Source of the DNA: Bacteroidia bacterium
GTDB taxonomy: Bacteria > Bacteroidota > Bacteroidia > M30B66
Reading direction: 5' to 3'
Length of the DNA: 64,000 bases
Assembly (NCBI GenBank): GCA_965279035.1
Contig: OZ257142.1
Span: forward strand, 3,168,001-3,232,000
Positions 59,693 through 64,000 of the stretch are shown piece after piece (position 1 is the stretch's first letter; each line of letters opens with the position of its first letter). The translations under genes were made by a program, and so were the position numbers. The notes under the pieces are model-generated. The model worked only from the letters and a program-made list of their open reading frames with translations. It did no database searches and was not told the origin of the DNA.

Positions 59693-60769
59693 ATGAAAGC
59701 ACTCCTTGCACTATGTATTCTTACGATTTTCGTTTTCAATACTTCAGCGCAAACTTCCACCTTTCAACATGCAATAGGTTTTCGTTTCCAATACGGCTTT
59801 ATTTATCAACATAAAAAAGACATGGATCAGCTCGTAACTGGGCATATTCCAGCTTTTGAATTTTATTTTAGACGCAATTATACAGGTAAAAGAGAATGGG
59901 AAAAGTTTTATCGTTTCCCTCATTCAGGAACAGCCATTCAATACATCAACTTTAACAATCCCATGCTAGGAGTTGGAGTTGCTGTGATGCCTTATTTAAG
60001 TTTTCCAATTCTTCCTAAAACTCAGCATTCCGAATTGCATTTTCGTTTAGCAGCAGGCGTTGGATATGCTTCCAAGAAATTCGACCTTGATGAAAATAGA
60101 AAGAATACTATCATCGGTTCGCATTTCAATGCAGCGTTCAATTTCTTATTGCAATATCATTGGAAACCTGTTGCTGGAGCTGAATTTCTGACCGCCATTT
60201 CATTTACCCATTTTTCCAATGGAACCTATAAAATCCCAAATGCAGGAGTCAATATAGTGGGAGCAAATTTGGGTATCAATATTAATTTGGGCAAAAAAGT
60301 ACCAGTCAACCACAATGCTTTTCCAATTGTAGATAAACATTGGAGATGGCTTGTTTCGATTGGAGGATTTGTGAAAGAAACCGAACCTGTAAACAGAAAA
60401 AAGTTTGCAGCAGTAAGTTTGTCTGGAAATGCATTAAAGCGAATTACAGGGAAAAGTTCATTCGGAGCTGGACTCGATATTATGTACGATGCGTCAATCA
60501 AAGAACGAATGAAGCAAGGTGGAAGAGACATTCAATTACCAGCACGTGTGGGGCTTACGGCAGATTATGAGTTGCATGTTGGTAAAATCACCTTTCCAAT
60601 TCAACAAGGATTTTATCTGATTGATTCGTTTAAGGGCGATACTTTCTTGTATCAACGAATTGGAATGCGCTATCACGTACTTCATAATTTGAGTTTACAG
60701 ATCTGTTTGAAAACCCATTTTGCTAAAGCCGACTATGCCGAATTTGGTGTAGGATATTATTTCAGATGA
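59693..60769 (+). CDS. Acyloxyacyl hydrolase / PagL-like outer-membrane beta-barrel
   Basis: Signal peptide MKALLALCIL...SAQ; PagL-type 'HFSNG...PN.GVN' motif; terminal 'GVGYYFR'. Confidence 0.75.
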   Translation: MKALLALCILTIFVFNTSAQTSTFQHAIGFRFQYGFIYQHKKDMDQLVTGHIPAFEFYFRRNYTGKREWEKFYRFPHSGTAIQYINFNNPMLGVGVAVMPYLSFPILPKTQHSELHFRLAAGVGYASKKFDLDENRKNTIIGSHFNAAFNFLLQYHWKPVAGAEFLTAISFTHFSNGTYKIPNAGVNIVGANLGININLGKKVPVNHNAFPIVDKHWRWLVSIGGFVKETEPVNRKKFAAVSLSGNALKRITGKSSFGAGLDIMYDASIKERMKQGGRDIQLPARVGLTADYELHVGKITFPIQQGFYLIDSFKGDTFLYQRIGMRYHVLHNLSLQICLKTHFAKADYAEFGVGYYFR

Positions 60770-61500
60770 AACAGTCATTCCTCATTTTTCTTTTGAGTAT
60801 TCTCCTATTTTCCTGCAAAAAGGAGAATATGGGCGATTGTTTTAAAAGCACCGGATTTATCAGCATCAAAACCCGTATGCTCGGAGAATTTGATAGCATT
60901 CGAGTTGATCGACGATTGAATATTGTATTAGTTGAAGACACAAGCAATTTTGCCATTGTGAAAGCCGGTGATCATCTTCAAGATTTGATTGTTACTGAAG
61001 TAAAAAATGGAAAGCTCACTTTACGTAACGATAATAAGTGCAATTGGGCTAGAAGTTATAAAAACACCGTCGATATTGAAGTTCATTGCTCTAGTCTTCA
61101 TCATATTGTGATGTGGGGAGCAAGTAATATCACCAATAAAGACACGCTAAAAACTTCCGATTTGAAAGTCGAATTCAGAGATGCTTCTGGAAATATTGAC
61201 TTAACAGTGGACAATCAACTTGTCAGTATTATTCAACACACAGGAGCTGGAGATGCGATCATTCGAGGAAAAACGGATGAACTTTCGGTCTATATGGCTT
61301 CATTAGCCTATGGCGATTATACAGCGCTTGTGGCGAAAAAAGTATATGTAGAAAATAAAAGTGCTTCCGATTGTCGTGTTTTGGGATTAGAGAGTTTTGC
61401 TTTTCGATTGAAAGGAGATGGTAATATTTTTTACAAAGGGCCTGGAGAAGTTATCTTAGAAGAAAAAACAGGAAGGGGAAATATTGTTCCGATTAATTAA
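60766..61500 (+). CDS. DUF2807 / head-GIN-domain lipoprotein
   Basis: Lipobox 'LFSC-KKE', 'FDSIRV', 'V.NGKLTL', repeated G.G.I beta-helix motifs, 'GNIFYKG'. Confidence 0.8.
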   Translation: MKQSFLIFLLSILLFSCKKENMGDCFKSTGFISIKTRMLGEFDSIRVDRRLNIVLVEDTSNFAIVKAGDHLQDLIVTEVKNGKLTLRNDNKCNWARSYKNTVDIEVHCSSLHHIVMWGASNITNKDTLKTSDLKVEFRDASGNIDLTVDNQLVSIIQHTGAGDAIIRGKTDELSVYMASLAYGDYTALVAKKVYVENKSASDCRVLGLESFAFRLKGDGNIFYKGPGEVILEEKTGRGNIVPIN

Positions 61501-61507
61501 GTCTAAA

Positions 61508-62314
61508 TCAAATTACCAAAGACAAATAATTAGGAAAAATCCCTTCTATATCAGGCTTTTTTTCAAAAATTCCGTAAACAGTAGAACCACTTCCAGTCAT
61601 CGATGCATAGATAGCACCTTGGTTTAGTAATGTTTGTTTTACAGCTAAAATTTCAGGGTAAAGGGCTCCAACATTTTCTTCAAATACATTCTTAAAATTC
61701 CATTTTTCTGGAGATTCTGAGATGGAATCTTCCCAACGTGAAGGTGCTTGAGCCATGTTTACGTTTTGAAATGCATTGGCCGTAGAAACATGGGTTCCCG
61801 GATTAACAATCCAAAGTAAATACTTGCTTAAATCAACGTCAATCGGTTCAAGAACTTCCCCTCGCCCACTGACTTTACATGCAGAATCGAAAATGAAAAA
61901 AGGACAATCCGAACCTAATTGAGCAGCGATTGGAATCAATGTTTCCTGATTCAAATTCAATTGAAATAAATCATTCAACAAACGTAACATCCACGCACCA
62001 TCGGAAGATCCTCCACCTAAACCTGCTCCCATTGGAATTACTTTATGCAGATGGATTTTCACAGCTGGCAATCCATATAAAGCATCTAGTAAACGATAAG
62101 CTTTTATGACGAGATTGTTCGATTCATCTCCTGGAATGGGAATTCCTGATGAGGAGAAACTGAAATCGCCCGATTCGCCTTCGGATGGAATAACTTCTAA
62201 AGCATCACACAGAGAAATGGGATAAAACACGCTGGAAATTGAATGAAATCCATCATCTCGTTTTCCTGTAACGTACAATCCAAGATTAATTTTACAAGGT
62301 GGAAAGACAATCAT
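61508..62314 (-). CDS. ispE: 4-diphosphocytidyl-2-C-methyl-D-erythritol kinase
   Basis: 'CKINLGL', 'IPMGAGLGGGSSDGA', 'LGSDCPFF', 'MTGSGSTVYG'. Confidence 0.96.
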   Translation of the reverse strand: MIVFPPCKINLGLYVTGKRDDGFHSISSVFYPISLCDALEVIPSEGESGDFSFSSSGIPIPGDESNNLVIKAYRLLDALYGLPAVKIHLHKVIPMGAGLGGGSSDGAWMLRLLNDLFQLNLNQETLIPIAAQLGSDCPFFIFDSACKVSGRGEVLEPIDVDLSKYLLWIVNPGTHVSTANAFQNVNMAQAPSRWEDSISESPEKWNFKNVFEENVGALYPEILAVKQTLLNQGAIYASMTGSGSTVYGIFEKKPDIEGIFPNYLSLVI

Positions 62315-62433
62315 TTAACAATAGTTCCTTTCATTTTCAAGCACTTAGGTGGTTTTAACTTTTTTTAAGCCTGATTTCGAAAATACGTTATTGCAATGAA
62401 TGCTTAACTTGCGCACCCTGAAAATACAGGCTT

Positions 62434-63390
62434 ATGACTTTTTTAGAATTTGAACAACCTGTTGCTGAACTCTTTGACCAATTAGAACAAGCACGTTCCT
62501 TGGCCGAATCGAGTAAAGTAGATATGACAAAAGCGATCAAAGAGCTTGAAACGAAAATTGATACAACACGCAAAGCGATTTATAGTGATTTAAGTCCTTG
62601 GCAACGTGTTCAGGTTTCGAGACATCCTGATCGCCCTTATACTTTGGCGTATATTAATTTCATGACAGATGGCAATTTCATCGAGATGCATGGAGATCGC
62701 ACAGTTGGGGATGATAAAGCCATGGTTGGTGGAATGGGCTGCATGGATGGAAAACCGGTGATGTTTATCGGACAGCAGAAAGGTGTAAATACCAAAATGC
62801 GTCAGTATAGAAAGTTTGGAATGCCTAATCCAGAAGGTTATCGCAAAGCTTTACGCTTGATGAAGTTGGCTGAGAAGTTTGATATTCCTGTGGTAACCTT
62901 CATTGATACACCTGGTGCATATCCTGGATTAGAAGCTGAAGAACGAGGACAAGGTGAAGCCATTGCTCGGAATTTATATGAAATGACGAAGCTTCGGGTG
63001 CCTGTTATCTGTGTCATTATTGGCGAGGGAGCTTCTGGTGGAGCTTTAGGAATTGGTATTGGTGATAAAGTATTGATGCTTGAAAACACTTGGTATTCGG
63101 TTATTTCTCCAGAAAGTTGTTCCTCAATCTTGTGGAGAAGTTGGGAGTATAAGGAGCGAGCATCTACTTCGTTAAAACTCACTGCGCAGGATATGCTTAA
63201 AAACAAACTCATTGATGGAATTATTCCAGAACCATCGGGCGGAGCGCATACCAATTACCACGAAGTTTTCAATACGGTAAAAGCAGAATTGAAAAAGCAC
63301 TTGGATAAATTGGCTAAGGTGAAACCTGAAAAACGCATTGAAAAACGCATTGAGAAGTTCTCTTCCATGGGAGCTTTTATTGAAGAATAA
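62434..63390 (+). CDS. accA: Acetyl-CoA carboxylase carboxyltransferase alpha subunit
   Basis: 'SRHPDRPY', '[14 protein letters not shown]', 'DTPGAYPG', '[10 protein letters not shown]'. Confidence 0.97.
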   Translation: MTFLEFEQPVAELFDQLEQARSLAESSKVDMTKAIKELETKIDTTRKAIYSDLSPWQRVQVSRHPDRPYTLAYINFMTDGNFIEMHGDRTVGDDKAMVGGMGCMDGKPVMFIGQQKGVNTKMRQYRKFGMPNPEGYRKALRLMKLAEKFDIPVVTFIDTPGAYPGLEAEERGQGEAIARNLYEMTKLRVPVICVIIGEGASGGALGIGIGDKVLMLENTWYSVISPESCSSILWRSWEYKERASTSLKLTAQDMLKNKLIDGIIPEPSGGAHTNYHEVFNTVKAELKKHLDKLAKVKPEKRIEKRIEKFSSMGAFIEE

Positions 63391-63418
63391 ATAAAATAAA
63401 ACGCAGATAAAATTCACC

Positions 63419-64000
63419 ATGAGCGAATCGATTGAAGCCAACCGCAACGAAGACAAAATGAAGTTATTACTTTCTTCGATGCGCCAGAAATTGGACGTGG
63501 TGATGCAAGGTGGTGGAAAAAAGCGGATAGAGAAAGAGCACGAGAAAGGAAAAATGACTGCACGTGAACGCATTCAATTTCTTCTCGATAAAAACGCTCC
63601 TCAACTAGAAATTGGTGCTTTTGCAGGTGATGGAATGTATGCCGAACATGGAGGTTGTCCTAGTGCGGGAGTGATCGTTGTGATTGGATATGTGAAAGGG
63701 CGCCAATGCATTGTAGTTGCGAACGATGCTACTGTGAAAGCGGGCGCTTGGTTTCCTATTACTGCGAAGAAGAATTTGCGTGCCCAAGAAATTTCGATTG
63801 AAAACCGATTACCCATCATTTATTTGGTAGATAGCGCTGGTGTTTTTCTTCCTATGCAAGATGAAATTTTTCCCGATAAAGAACATTTCGGAAGAATTTT
63901 CAGGAACAATGCGGTGATGTCGTCGATGGGGATTTTGCAGATTTCTGCGGTGATGGGCAGTTGCGTTGCTGGTGGTGCTTATCTTCCGATCATGAGCGAC
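63419..64000 (+). CDS. Acyl-CoA carboxylase beta subunit (3-methylcrotonyl-CoA carboxylase-like), partial; absent from the ORF track
   Basis: MSESIEANRNEDKMK...'GKMTARERI', 'VANDATVKAGAWFP', 'LVDSAGVFLPMQDEIFPD', 'MGSCVAGGAYLP'; runs off the window. Confidence 0.92.
   Translation, partial: MSESIEANRNEDKMKLLLSSMRQKLDVVMQGGGKKRIEKEHEKGKMTARERIQFLLDKNAPQLEIGAFAGDGMYAEHGGCPSAGVIVVIGYVKGRQCIVVANDATVKAGAWFPITAKKNLRAQEISIENRLPIIYLVDSAGVFLPMQDEIFPDKEHFGRIFRNNAVMSSMGILQISAVMGSCVAGGAYLPIMSD

Noticed and set aside
59501-59711. Overlap of mazG with the 422-aa ORF
   Set aside because: The signal peptide and a -7 motif place the true start at 59693
505-63819. Many short antisense or alternative-frame ORFs in the track (e.g. 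48204-48635, 35475-35831, 62838-63254, 63172-63573)
   Set aside because: They shadow well-supported genes and have no recognisable motifs

Overview
AT-rich chromosomal segment of a Bacteroidota bacterium. The assignment rests on T9SS cargo and PorP/PorE genes, TAnnTTTG-type promoters, DUF2723, and rimM followed by trmN6. The window has about 47 tightly packed CDSs and one tRNA-Gln(UUG). I saw no integrase, transposase, phage gene, CRISPR array or rRNA. Housekeeping genes: rpsP 3' end, rimM, lpdA, uvrA, mazG, ispE, accA and a partial acyl-CoA carboxylase beta subunit. Other content: a compact polysaccharide-export cassette (asnB-GT4-wza-wzc-rmlC-wecA-like-SLT), a four-gene FKBP array behind a DHH phosphoesterase, comEC, crtI, and a type IX secretion cargo region (a 2605-aa SprB-like protein with PorP and PorE, two more type-B-CTD proteins, two M43 metalloproteases). 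The best candidates for undescribed biology are three. (i) A translationally coupled pair of exported proteins: a single-chain double-DTG aspartic protease and a non-catalytic protein with four tandem glycogen-binding (AMPK/CBM48-like) modules. (ii) A TMEM260/DUF2723 GT-C glycosyltransferase-deacetylase-acyltransferase cluster, in a window whose secreted proteins are rich in Bacteroidota O-glycosylation sequons. (iii) A 4Fe-4S/CDGSH gene interrupted by one in-frame TAG, with an intact downstream frame that the ORF track missed. All calls come from manual motif reading; no searches were run.
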